Positions 12,907-26,195 of a stretch of 64,000 nt of DNA are shown here, in pieces. Within the stretch, counting starts at the first letter, position 1, and every line of letters begins with the position of its first letter. The notes under the pieces are model-generated. The model was given only the letters and a program-made list of their open reading frames with translations, was not told the DNA's origin and ran no database searches. This DNA is from the human T2T-CHM13v2.0 reference genome, Homo sapiens. The translations under genes were made by a program, and so were the position numbers. The DNA lies in the NCBI RefSeq assembly GCF_009914755.1, contig NC_060931.1; one strand, given 5' to 3'.

Positions 12907-13734
12907 GTAGAGTATATATCTAGAAGTGGAGTTGCTGGGCAACGTGGTACTTCATTATTGCTCTTCAAAATTGTTGGATAAATTTATGTTTCCACCAGGA
13001 GGGTAGAAGGTTCCTGTTTCCCCACAAGCTTGCCATCACTTCATTTTGTCAAGCTTTTAAAATTTGGCCTATTAGATGATTATGAAATTTTATCTCACCT
13101 TTGCATTTACATGATTAGTAGTGAGGCTAAATATATTTTCATGTTTATTGGCCAGTTGGGGTCACTCTTATCTTGAGTTGCCTATTTATGTCCATTTTGT
13201 ATTAGGATCACTCTTTTCTTTCTCTCACTTTCTTATGATTTGAATTCTTTATATATTCCAGGTAGTAATCTTTTCTTGACTATCTGTATTGTACTTTTTT
13301 TCACTTTGTTTATGTGTCGTTGGATGTATGGATGAGTTTTAATTTTAATATAGTAGAATTTATCTATCTTTTCTCTATGCTTTGTGCCTTTTTTATCTGA
13401 TTCTCCCCTACCCTCAAATCATAGAGATACTCGTCTATATTTTCTTCTAAAAGTTTTAAAGCTTTGCTTTTCACATTTAGGTGGTTTTAATGAACCTGAA
13501 ATTGATTTGAGGTAAGGAATGAGTTTGAGATCCAATATGGTTTTTTCTATACAGATAGGCATTTATTCCAGAACTGTTAACCGTTGGCCCTAATTATTGG
13601 TAATGCCACTTCTGTCACATAACAATCCCCTATAAACGTGAGTCTGTTTCTACAATTAACTTGCCTCTCTTTTTTCCTCCATTAGTCTATATGTCCATCT
13701 CCGTGTCCAAACCAATTTAAATATCATACATATG

Positions 13735-13772
<38 letters not shown>
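13735..13772. repeat. (GT)12(AT)7 compound microsatellite
   Basis: Directly visible. Confidence 0.95.
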
Positions 13773-13774
<2 letters not shown>

Positions 13775-14440
13775 AATCTGTATATGTAAAATAGCTCTTG
13801 ATAGCTGAGCTCCCTCTGTCCCTCAGCCACACCTTTCACTTCTTCACAATTGTCTTGGCTACTGTTGCCCTTGTTAACTCTTCCTAATGAATGTTAGAAT
13901 CACTTTGTTGAGTTCTATTAAAAACCCTACTTGGATCTCGACAAGAATCCGATGTCTCTTTAGTTACTGATAAGAAGTTATCTATTGAATTGTTGCTTCT
14001 TTGTAAATAATCTTTCTTTCTCTCTGGTTGCTTTTTTGTCTTTGGTATTCTAAAATTTTTCTGCAGTGTATGTAGGTATAGGTTTATTTTATTTATTCTA
14101 TGGAAACTTGGTGTACCTTGTCAGTTTGGGGATTCAAACCTTTAATCAGGTCTGGAAAAATGTAAGTCACTATCTTTTCAAATATTAACTATCCTCTATT
14201 CATTCTATATTCCTTCTGGAAATTCTATGGGACCTGTATTGAAATGTCATATTCTATTCTCCGTGTCTCTCACTCTCTCATTAATCTTTCTTTTTATATT
14301 GCATTATGTGTTTTTTTCTCAGATCTGTCTCTAGTTCAGTATACTAATTCTCTCTTCAGTTGTTTCTATATTTTTACCTTTATAGTTAATACTTAATTTC
14401 TATCACTGTATTTTTCATTTTAAAAAGTTTTCTTTGATTT

Positions 14441-14757
14441 TTTTATTTTTTATTTATTTATTTTTTTTGAGAAATGGTCTTGCTCTGTTGTTCAGGCTGG
14501 AGTGCAGTGGTGCAATTCATGGCTCATGATAGCCTTAACGTCTTGGGCTCAAGCGAACCGCCCACCTCAGGCTCTCCTCAGAGTAGCTGAGACTACAAGG
14601 AGGCACCACCATGCCCAGGTAATTTTTGTATTTTTCCTTTTAGAGATGATGTTTTGTCACGTTGCCCAGGCTTGTCTGAAACTCCTGGGCTCAAGCAATC
14701 TACCGATGTTGGCCTCTTAAAGTGCTGGGATTAGAGGTGTCAGCCACTGTGCCCCAC
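14441..14757 (-). mobile_element. AluJ
   Basis: Dimeric antisense Alu with J-type gggctcaagc in both arms. TSD ttctttgatt(t/c)tttt on both sides. Confidence 0.95.
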
Positions 14758-16270
14758 TTCTTTGATTCTTTTTAATATTTGCTTGTTCTTTTCTCATAGT
14801 ACCCTCTTCTTTCAAAATGACTTAGATTTAAAAAATCTTTTAAATCATTTAATCATATTTATCTCATATCTCTCTTATCTCAATTGGAATGCACTTATTC
14901 TTCTGTTTGTCATATCTGATGACTGTCCTTTTTGGTGAATCATAAAATCACACAGATCATAATTCTTGTTGTGAGCTCAACTTTAGTGGACTTATTTCCA
15001 GTGTTAATTTTACACACTTTGTGTAGAAGAAATATTTTTACAAAGGGGTTCTGCATTTGCGTTTGTGAGCATCTTGGAGGTTCCCTGGTCCTGAATTTCT
15101 TTTTACATTAATTCCTCAGTTTAGAATTTTCCCACCACCTGGGTGGAATGAATGTGAATTTCACATTTGTTTGGAGTTTCCATTCTTCTGGGAGATTTTT
15201 TTTTTCACACTTGAATCAATGAGAGAAGTTGTTATCCTAATTACTTCTTTATGGAGAAGGAGCTCTTCAGGGTCCCGTATTTATACAAGAGTATCAGTTC
15301 TATCTGTCATCTGCCAAAGATCCTGTGTGAGTATTTTTAACTCTAATCTTCAGCCTTCGATTACCTATGTTCAGTCCATCCTGAACTGCCTAAGTTTCAG
15401 CTAAAGGCTTATTACTCAGGTTTTTAATTTCCCTTTGTTTTAGGTATCTGCTCATTTCCTCCCCTATCCTAGGGCTACATATTGAAGAAAATTATCATAC
15501 TTGATCCAACATTTCTATGGATTTGCAGAGGAAAAGGAATTGCATGAGCTCAGCCAGCCTTGTTGTCACAGCTTCAAATTTTCAGCTGGCTGATTACTAT
15601 TAGCAATGATGGGGAACTAAAAGAGGTAAGCTAATTAGTTCATTTTAGGCTCTCATTTAATTATGTCATCAGGAGTGTTAACAAATTAAAGGACGATGTC
15701 ATCTTTCAAATCAGCAAGCTTCTCTTTTAGAGTAGGTTCAATTTATTTTAACATGTTAAATAATCAATTTTTAAATGTAGTCTGGTTATTAACTTTTTTC
15801 TTGTTTCTAAATATCCTTGGTGACTTTATTATATAAAAAGCAATTTTATAAATAAAAACAATTGTTAGTTACTGAATATTAATAATTATCCTAAGGCATG
15901 AAGATATGTTTCTTTTCAGGAAAATAAATATAATGTTTATTAGCCATAATTTCTTCATCCAAAGCTTATATATCAAAGTGTCTCTAAGCAATATATTTAA
16001 GCCACAGGCTGAGTTCTCAATATATGGACAGTAGTTTTACTAAATTTCATTAAGCAGTCAAACTTTGTTGGAAGTCATGAATATGCAAACAGAATTACAG
16101 CTATTTTAGGTAAAATGTTTAATCATTCTAGTTTTTGAAAACATGTATATTTATTCCTTGTACAAAGTTTATCATGTATGCTTACTTTAGAATTAGTTAA
16201 TTCTATTTTCAAAGCAAAGACTATCCAGGGAAATAATTTTTAGGAACACCAAACAAATAGCATATATCTA

Positions 16271-16675
<405 letters not shown>

Positions 16676-18599
16676 TTATGAGAGAAGCTTGATACTTTGA
16701 TCTTGTGTTTAATATTTAAAAAGTTGAAATATTTGACATTTTAAAACCAATTTCTCTTTAATTTCTTGCCATGTCTAATTTGGCCTTTGTTATTCACACA
16801 ATTAACTGGTCTACATTTGGAAGAAACTGGGACACACAAGGGTAAGTGGCTTGCCTAAGGCCAACCACCTGTTCAGCTCTAAAATTTAGATCTTTTCTTT
16901 CTTGATTTGCTCTGATTTTCTTACAGTTGTAAAAAGGATATTATGTATGCCAGGATGATTAGGTTGAACCATCCCAGTTTGTAATAGATTTGGGACAAAA
17001 ATATTAGAAAATTCTTTTAAAAAAATTTTAACAGATTACATCAATCATTCAAGGAGCAAGCACATGGAATAGTAACTTTTTGAAACAGCTCTTAATAGTA
17101 TTGCATCATTCGCAAATTAACCAGGAGCCTCTCTTGACGCATACATGAAAATTTCACACTGGTTCATTGGTCTTTTGCTTGCTCCATTTATCCCAATTAA
17201 ACCACTCAGCCTACTGATCCACAAAGCAAGTTAAGGTTATAAATGATGCAGATGATGACTCCTTTTTGATATCTATCTGCTTTAGAGTATTATTAAAGTG
17301 AAAAATTAAATTGAAAAAGAATTTTCATGGACTAAAAGAACCTTCTATTTAAGTGAGAAATGAGATTAGTAGTCTTTTTCTTTTATTTGTCGTAAATGAA
17401 AAACTTTTCTAGATTAATTTAAATGAGTTATTATCACTTCTACCACAACATTGTGTGAGATATGATTCAGACCGTATAATAACTTTTAATCTTTATTTAA
17501 GTCTGACATATCCATTTTTTTCTCTCAATTAGGTTTTATTTCTCCCACGCTAACTGTTGGAAGATAACAAAAGTGAAGTTACTTCCTTTAGAAATCCAAA
17601 TATTTATAATCAAGTAAAATGGGAAGTTTAGTCTACTTTGAAGAGAAAAAGGCAGAGATAAATCTGCTTTACTGAATTTTTACAAGATTCATGTTTTGCA
17701 AAAGTCCTGTTGCTTTGAATAACTTACTTTGCATTTATTAAAAATTCAGGAGGAGCCTGTTGTAGCACAAGCTCATTCTTTCATGAATTTGTGTAAACAC
17801 TGGCTCAAACATGGTTGGAGGCCAAGTATCCTTAAGGAGATCCCAGAGCTCTATCAACTACTGGGGGACTTCAGGTAGAGTCTTTACTCCCCGGACTTCA
17901 AAGTCCCAATTTACAAGGTCACAAAGTTGTGGTCATTTCCCGTTACAAAAATTATATAGTTCCTGACTCTCTCCAAATATAATAATTACATGAAGTAAAA
18001 TTATAATATAACCAAATCTTTGAGACCAGTAGTGGTTATTTGAGGAGCTCTATAGTTCTGTCAACATCTCGGATGGCATGGCAATTTTCCTCCAAAGGTA
18101 TGTTACTTCTCTGTGGTTTAAATTATGCTTTCCCCAAGGAAATGCAGTTCTATGTGAAGTGCATTTGAAGGAATGTCTGCCTGAGGGAGAGAGCTCTCTA
18201 CAATGCAGCAATTTATATTTATTCTTTTATGATTAATTCTAAAATTAAAAAGCCCTTACTTTATTTATTATAAATACAGTGGTATCTATTATTTATTACA
18301 AATAGAGTGAGGTGAAGTTGGAGCACAGAAAAAGTTTTCTAATCAATAAAATGCCTTAAGGCAACTCTGTTCCTTAGAGATAGCAAGGTCACAATAATAT
18401 TTAATTTATATTTTTAAAATAAGGTTTTCTGTTTTTTCTGCCATTAAAAGAGTAATATTTTTGTAAGCAAAAAATAATGTAAAGAGGTGTCTTAGCTGGA
18501 AAGCTGATGGTCTTCTCTATCAGGTGTTTTGGAATGCTTTGTAACTAGGATTAATTATATTTTAACCAGCCCACACTTCAATACTTTTAAGAATGATAT

Positions 18600-19060
18600 G
18601 CATTCTTGGTAGGGTAGCTTGGCAATAACTATCAAAACTGAAATTATATACCTACATAAGTATGTATATGTGTGCATACACATCTGATTATCTAGTTTTC
18701 CTTTTCCTTTTAGGAACTTACCTTTCAGAAATATTTTAACAAGCACACAAGAACGTTTACTACAATATTCTTTGTCTGTCAACATGGGGTTCAGTTAGAT
18801 TAACTGGCCTTTGTGAAATAATGAAGATCTATATTTATTGACTAGAAGGGAATTTCATAATATGTTAAGTTTTGAAAAATCAAGTTGAAGTATAATATGC
18901 AAAATGTGATTCTAGTGTTTTGCGGGTTTTTTTTGGTATCATCATAGAAAAATTTCTGAATGACTATATGCCAACAGTTTAACAGTGAAGAATGGGAATT
19001 AGCATGGGGGGGAGATTTTAGACTTTTACTTTGCTCATTTTCTTTGCAGTAAGCAAATAA
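18600..19060 (+). mobile_element. Ancient L1ME-type 3' fragment
   Basis: ttggcaataactatcaaaa... and gatctatatttattgactagaaggg resemble the end of old L1 ORF2 and its 3'UTR. Confidence 0.55.
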
Positions 19061-19319
19061 TTTCCAGGAAAAAGTCAGGCATTCAGTTTATATGAATTAT
19101 AATTCAGAGTGAAAATTTAAATTATCTCATTATAGGTTGATGAAAATATTAAGAATATGAACATAGGAATTAGAGATATAATATCTTAGCCAGATCCTTT
19201 CCCTACTAATATTAGCATAAAAGTCACTAAACGTAATGGAACATTTCATATTTTCTATGAATTTTTAATTTATATTATCCAGAACATATTAAAACACCTA
19301 AAGTTGGCAACTTTAAGTA

Positions 19320-19715
19320 TGAACTAAGATCCAGAATAAAGCCTGGCTATAAGATCCTATATTGACCAAATTCATAAGGTTTTTAAAAAATCTCATATAA
19401 ATTCTCTGAGGTTGAAAAAGTTCATTACATTTATAAGGTCTATATTTGGGATGGATGTTCTGCTCTTTAATAAGGGATGTGCCATAGGTGAAGACCTTCC
19501 ACATTCATTTATATTCATGAGGTTTATCTCTAGTACGAGTCCTCTGAAGTCTAGCAAGATGTATACTTTGAATGAAGCCTTCTCCACCTATCGTTGCATT
19601 TATAGGTTTTACCTCTAGCAGAACAGCTTAGGTGAAGGTAAAAGGATGAGCTCAATTTGAAGCCTTCCCTGAATGCATTACATTTCAAAGATTCTTCTCT
19701 TCAATTGGTTCCTCT
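19320..19715 (-). pseudogene. Decayed Kruppel-type C2H2 zinc-finger array (ZNF retrocopy fragment)
   Basis: With frameshift correction: KCNAFREGFKLSSSFYLHLSCSARGKTY / KCNDGGEGFIQSIHLARLQRTRTRDKPH / EYNECGKVFTYGTSLIKEQNIHPKYRPY / KCNE..QPQRIY..KPYE. KCN starts at 19685, 19601 and 19432 (spacing 84 and 169 nt). Confidence 0.8.
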
Positions 19716-21049
19716 TGAATTTAATTTTGTTTTAGGTTTTTATGACATGCATGTTTATTTACACTCTCTTTGGAACAACACTAATAAAGAATATTGGGCT
19801 TCAGAACGGTTAGAAAGCACCCAGCTTTCTCATTAATAAGACACTAATATAACCTAGACTAGAGATTGTTTAGAGAAAATGATGTATTGCCTGGGACATT
19901 ACAGAATCTCAATAAATGTTGGTTTCCTTTTCTCCTCCCGTAAAATGTAGTGATATTTTCATTTTAAAATAAGTCAAAGTGGTAATTCAAATGAACTTCT
20001 AAATTATAATGAGTGTTTTTACTTTTTTCATGCTATAATTAATAAACAACCTTAGATGAAGTTGCAGTACAGTATGCAAAGTGTTATTGCTCAAGCAATC
20101 TTTAATCAAGGATATACTTAGCAAAAGATAAACTGTCTGCACTTTATCTACCTGTAGGTCTTTAGCACTGTTTAAGATTTTAGCTACAATGTATCTGGGC
20201 TCCATAAATTTATTATTTATGTTATTTAAGTGGTTGTTTTACTTTAATAAAAGTGAACATGACTGTAAAAACAAAACTCACTTAATATAATGTTAACTCA
20301 GACTGCCACACTACCTTCAATTCATTTACCTTGAATTGCAAGCTTACATAAAATCCCTCTATAGCCTTATGAGCATTTTGTGAAAATATTCTAAATCAGA
20401 GGTAACAATTCATCTGGATAGGATGAATTAAAATTTTAGTTTAAGAGGGGATAATTTGTGGAAAATAAGATGCTTAAACTGTTCCGAAGAGCTCTAAAGA
20501 AATTTCAGCCTATTTTTAATAAAAGTATCAACTTACATCAAAAGGGCTACAATGGAGATTGTTCTTGTTGCTCTATATGCAAATTTGTTTTTTCCTGGTA
20601 ATGTGTTAGATTCATTGGTTCTCTCTCTTGGGAACAAGGATAGGGAGTCAGTTGCTGCATTCTGGATGCTCACATGGACAGTTACTATGGGGCTGGGGGC
20701 CTATTAACCAACTCAAGTATGGCAGTGCCAAGAGCAAAGATGGCGTGGAAATGTGCTGTAAATTAAAGAAGGGCTCAGGACTTCTATGAAGGAGCTCCAG
20801 AACAACTCCGGCATAGAGAACTTACATACTTGTCATTTGAAAAATTACTGTTTTTATTTTTAAATTATAAAAACAATTAGCCTAAAAAGAAAGCAATATT
20901 AGCACCTAGGTCAAAAGAAAATCAGAAAAAGGAGGAAGTAGTACATCTCTTTTAACAGCTTGCAACAAGTTTACCCTGATCCATTTTAGCACTTGTGTGG
21001 TTTTTAAGCATATCCAATTCTTTTAATTAATATTTTTTTTCCCAATAAT

Positions 21050-23010
21050 ATATTTCTTGTTTAGAGAATGATTGAGGTTTCACTGGCTATTTAACTTTGT
21101 GTTTAACCTTTTATATCTCATTAATTAATTAATATTAGCATAATTTTCTTTTGAGCACCACTTTGGCCATATCATATTACTGATAGTGATTATGTTTTGA
21201 ATAACAACTAATTTTTAACTTGTTTATTATGTGCCATGCTTTATGCAAAGTGCTCTACATGTACTGATGCATGAAATATCCCTTTTTGGTCTTTTAATGC
21301 TGAAACCTGAATTCTATCTTATTTTAATATGCCTCCTTGCTGCTTCTGTTACATTTGTCTGGTATATTAGTTCCTCTTTGACTTTCTATTTCTTTGGTTA
21401 TGTTAGTTTAAGTCTCTCATAAGGGCAAATATACAGCTTATTTTTCAAAACTTACTGTGAGAATCTCATTTAATAAGTGAATATAACTCACTCTAATTTA
21501 TCACATTACTGGTATGTTTGAATTGGCTCCTGACAAATTGTTTTCTATTTTCTATTTACCCTGTATTTTATTGTTTACTTTTTCCACTTTCCTGACATTA
21601 CTGAACTGTCTTCTTTGTTCTAATTTTAACCTAATGCTTTAGAAGTTATATAACCTCTATCTGGCTTATCTATTTTTTAACACACATATTTATATTTTAT
21701 TTAAAGTTTTCTATTAACATTAAGAGTTAACCAAGATCTACAGTTTCATTCTAAACAGGTTAAGAACTTGGGCAGTATTTTATTTCCTTTTTCTGTTCCC
21801 TTTCCTGTCAGCCACCTTCTATACTTTTCATGTTGCAATCTTCTGCGTTTTAATTCCAAGTTTTTATTAAAGTTTTCAAATAATCCATACTTATTTAGAC
21901 TGAACTAAAAGTTTTACTTTTTTACTTGTTTACTACTCTTTCTTGAATATCTCATCTTCCTCTTGGATTAGTTTCCAGGAATGTATCTTGCAGTAAATCT
22001 TTCAGAGAGGGTGGTAAACTTTCTGAATCCTGTGTGTCTATAACAGTTTTTGTTTTTTCCTAATACTTGATATTTGGCTGGAGAAGGAATTTTACAACTC
22101 ACATAATTTTCAGAACTTCAAGATAACTGCTTCCTTTAAAAAAATGCTTAATGCTACCAAGGAAAGTACAATAAATCTTACCTAGAGGGTTTAGAATTTT
22201 CTTTTATTGGTGTTCTAAAATTTCTCCCTGATTATCTAGGACTGGCTACTTTTCCATTCATCTTGCTAAACACTTTCACTCACAGCCACTATACCTTTCT
22301 CCTCCTCCTCTTCCCTGCCCCTCCTCCTCTTCTTCCTCCTCCTTCTTCTTCTCCTTTTTTTAATCTTGGGAACTTCTCTCAATTATTTATTTGAATATTG
22401 CATTCCATGTATTCCTTCTGGCTTCTTCTTTAATTCCTGTTTCTAATGTTGGAAGTGCAACTTTCTCTCCATACTTAACATCTCTTTTTCTGTAATGAAG
22501 TAACATTTCAATACTCAAATTTCCAGCTCACTAATTTGTTATTTAGCTCTGCCTATACTGATATTCAGGAAAAAAATCCATTAAACTTGTTTCAACAATC
22601 ATATATTTCCATTTCTCGCATCTCTAATTGTTTCTTCCTCATAAAATTTGTTCTAATTTCACAAATGCAGTGTACGCCCTTATCCTGTTGAGGATATTAA
22701 TTATACTTGTTATACAATCTCTGTTGGTTTAATCTGTTACTTCCTTTTACTTATTTGATTCCTAGTCCTTTAGTTTAATGCTTTCTTTTTTCTTTTTTTT
22801 TCCCATGGAGGTGGTTTTCCTTAGATTTCGTGATTTAGATTATTTGCTTAAATTCATATCTGCTATTCTCTCTTAGTTTCAGTGGAAAAAAGCCCACTGA
22901 CTGGGAGCAGATGTGCCCTTGGGTGAGGATTCCCATGAGGGCACAGTGCCCTGCTTCTCCATTCCTCATGTCCGCATTCATTGCTCGTTCCTGGGGGGCA
23001 GAAGTCTCTG
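21050..23010 (-). mobile_element. Ancient L1M/HAL1-type LINE fragment, probably continuing at about 26190-26460 beyond the L1PA/Alu insertions
   Basis: T-rich antisense LINE text (gtgagaatctcatttaataagtg, attatttatttgaatattgc). Low-complexity CT tract at 22295-22360. Boundaries approximate. Confidence 0.6.
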
Positions 23011-23036
23011 CTTAGAAGTGGGTGTACTGCTGCTTT

Positions 23037-25435
23037 GCAAACCGAATCTAGCAGCACATCAAAAAGCTTATCCACCATGATCAAGTTGGCTTCATCCCTG
23101 GGATGCAAGCCTGGTTCAACACATGCAAATCAATAAATGTAATCCGTCATATAAACAGAACAAAAGATAAAAACCACATGATTATCTCAATAGACACAGA
23201 AAAGGCCTTTGACAAAATTCAACAGCCCTTCATACTAAAAACTCTCAATAAACAAGGTATTGATGGGACGTATCTCAAAATAATAAGATCTATTTATGAC
23301 AAACCCACAGCCAATATCATACTGAATGGGCAAAAACTGGAAGCATTCCCTTTGAAAACTAGCACAAGACAGAGATGCCCTCTCTCACCACTCCTATTCA
23401 ACATAGTGTTGGAAGTTCTGGCCAGGGCAATTAGGCAGGAGAAAGAAATAAAGTGTATTCAACTAGGAAAAGCTGAAGTCAAATTGTCTCTGTTTGCAGA
23501 TGACATGATTGTATATTTAGAAAACCCCACTGTCTCAGCCCAAAATCTCCTTATGCTGATAGGCAACTTCAGCAAAGACTCAGCATACAAAATCAATGTG
23601 CAAAAATCACAAGCATTCCTGTATATCAATAATAGATAAGAAGAGAGCCAAATCATGAGTGAATTCCCATTCACAATTGCTTCAAAGAGAATAAAATACC
23701 TAGGAATCCAACTTACAAGGGATGTGAAGGACCTCTTCAGGGAGAACTACAAACCACTGCTCAACAAAATAAAAGAGGACACAAACAAATGGAAGAACAT
23801 TCCATGCTCATGGATAGGAACAATCAATATCATGAAAATGGTCACACTGCCCAAGGTAATTTATAGATTCAATGCCACCCCCATCAAGCTACCAATGACT
23901 TTCTTCACAGAATTGGAAAAAACTACTTTAAAGTTCATATGGAACCAAAAAAGAGCCCACATTGCCAAGACAATCCTAAGCCAAAAGAACAAAGCTGGAG
24001 GCGTCATGCTATCTGACTTCAAACTATACTACAAGGCTGCAGTAACCAAAACAGCATGGTACTGGTACCAAAACAGAGATATAGACCAATGGAACAGAAC
24101 AGAGCGCTTAGAAATAATACCACACATCTACAACCATCTGGTCTTTGACAAACCTGAGAAAAACAAGAAATGGGGAAAAGATTCCCTATTTAATAAACGG
24201 TGCTGGGAAAACTGGCTAGCCATATGTAGAAAGCTGAAACTGGATCCCTTCCTTACACCTTATACAAAAATTAATTCAAGATGGATTAAAGACTTACATG
24301 TTAGACCTAAAACCATAAACACCCTAGAAGAAAACCTAGGCAATACCATTCAGGACATAGGCATGGGCAAGGACTTCATGTCTAAAACACCAAAAGCAAT
24401 GGCAACAAAAGCCAAAATTGACAAATGGGATCTAATTAAACTAAAGAGTTTCTGCACAACAAAAGAAACTACCATCAGAGTGAACAGGCAACCTATAGAA
24501 TGGGAGAAAATTTTTACAATCTACTCATCTGACAAATGGCTAATATCCAGAATCTACAATGAACTCAAACAAATTTACAAGAAAAAAATAAAAAAACCCC
24601 ATCAAAAAGTGGGCAAAGGCTATGAACAGACACTTCTCAAAAGAAGATGTTTATGCAGCCAACAGACACATGAAAAAATGCTCATCATCACTGGCCATCA
24701 GAGAAATGCAAATCAAAACCACAGTGAGATACCATCTCACACCAGTTAGAATGGCAATCATTAAAAAGTCAGGAAACAACAGGTGCTGGAGAGGATGTGG
24801 AGAAATAGGAACACTTTTACACTGTTGGTGGGACTGTAAACTAGTTCAACCACTGTGGAAGACAATGTGGCAATTCCTCAAGGATCTAGAACTAGAAATA
24901 CCATTTGACCCAGCAATCCCATTACTGGGTATATACCCAAAGGATTATAAATCATGCTACTATACAGACACATGCACACGTATGTTTATTGAGGCACTAT
25001 TCACAATAGCAAAGACTTGGAACCAACCCAAATGTCCACAATGATAGACTGGATTAAGAAAATGTGTCACATATACACCATGGAATACTATGCAGCCACA
25101 AAAAATGATGAGTTCATGTCCTTTGTAGGGACACGGATGAAACTGGAAACCATCATTCTCAGCAAAATATCGCAAGGACAGAAAACCAAATACTGCATGT
25201 TCTCATTCATAGATGGGAATTGAACAATGAGAATACTTGGACACAGGGTGGTGAACATCACACAGCGGGGCCTGTCATGGGGTGGGAGCAGGGGGGAGGG
25301 ATAGCATTAGGAGATATATCTAATATAAATGATGAGTTAATGGGTGCAGCACACCAACATGGTACATGTATACATATGTAACAAACCTGCATGTTGTGCA
25401 CATGTACCCTAGAAGTTAAAGCATAATAAAAAAAA
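23037..25435 (+). mobile_element. 5'-truncated L1PA (about L1PA5-like): disrupted ORF2 RT and C-terminal domains, plus 3'UTR and polyA
   Basis: ORFs 23103..23639, 23655..24749, 24622..25044 and 25017..25223 are L1 ORF2 pieces ([13 protein letters not shown] motif; [18 protein letters not shown] zinc knuckle). They are broken by a stop at 23637 and by frameshifts. Confidence 0.98.
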
Positions 25436-25793
25436 TGTGCCACATATACACCATGGAATACTATGCAGCCATAAAAAAGGATGAGTTGCTGTCCTTTGCA
25501 GGGACACGGATGAAGCTGGAAACCATTATTCTCAGCAAACTATCACAAGATCAGAAAACCAAACAGTGCATATTCTCACTTATAAGTGGGAGTGGAACAA
25601 TAAGAACACATGGACATAGGGAGGGGAACATCACACACTAGGATCTGTGGGGGGTGGGGGACTAGGGGAGGGATAACATTAGGAGAAATACCTAATGTAG
25701 GTGATGGGTTGATGGGTGCAGCAAACCACCATGGCACGTGTGTACCTATGTAACAAACCTGCACGTTCTGCACATGTAACCCAGAACTTAAAG

Positions 25794-25837
<44 letters not shown>
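25432..25837 (+). mobile_element. Second L1 3' end (older, about L1PA7/8-like) with a (TAA)n tail
   Basis: Repeats the ORF2 end and 3'UTR (ORF 25435..25641). It has gcaaaccaccatggcacgtg and gttctgcacatgtaacccagaac, unlike the first copy. About 13 TAA units at 25795-25833. Confidence 0.95.
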
Positions 25838-25863
25838 GAACAACAACAGTTGTTCTTAGTGAG

Positions 25864-26195
<332 letters not shown>

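Larger units (their letters stand above)
12615..15560 (-). mobile_element. Ancient L1M/HAL1-type LINE fragments, interrupted by a MITE, an STR and an AluJ
   Basis: L1 antisense text such as tatatatctagaagtggagttgctggg, tgcatttacatgattagtagtgaggctaaatatattttcatgtttattggcca. Boundaries approximate. Confidence 0.75.

Noticed and set aside
23103-25223. Long ORFs (178, 364, 140 aa) as a functional reverse transcriptase
   Set aside because: They are pieces of 5'-truncated L1 ORF2 with a stop codon and frameshifts, and lack the endonuclease, ORF1 and promoter.
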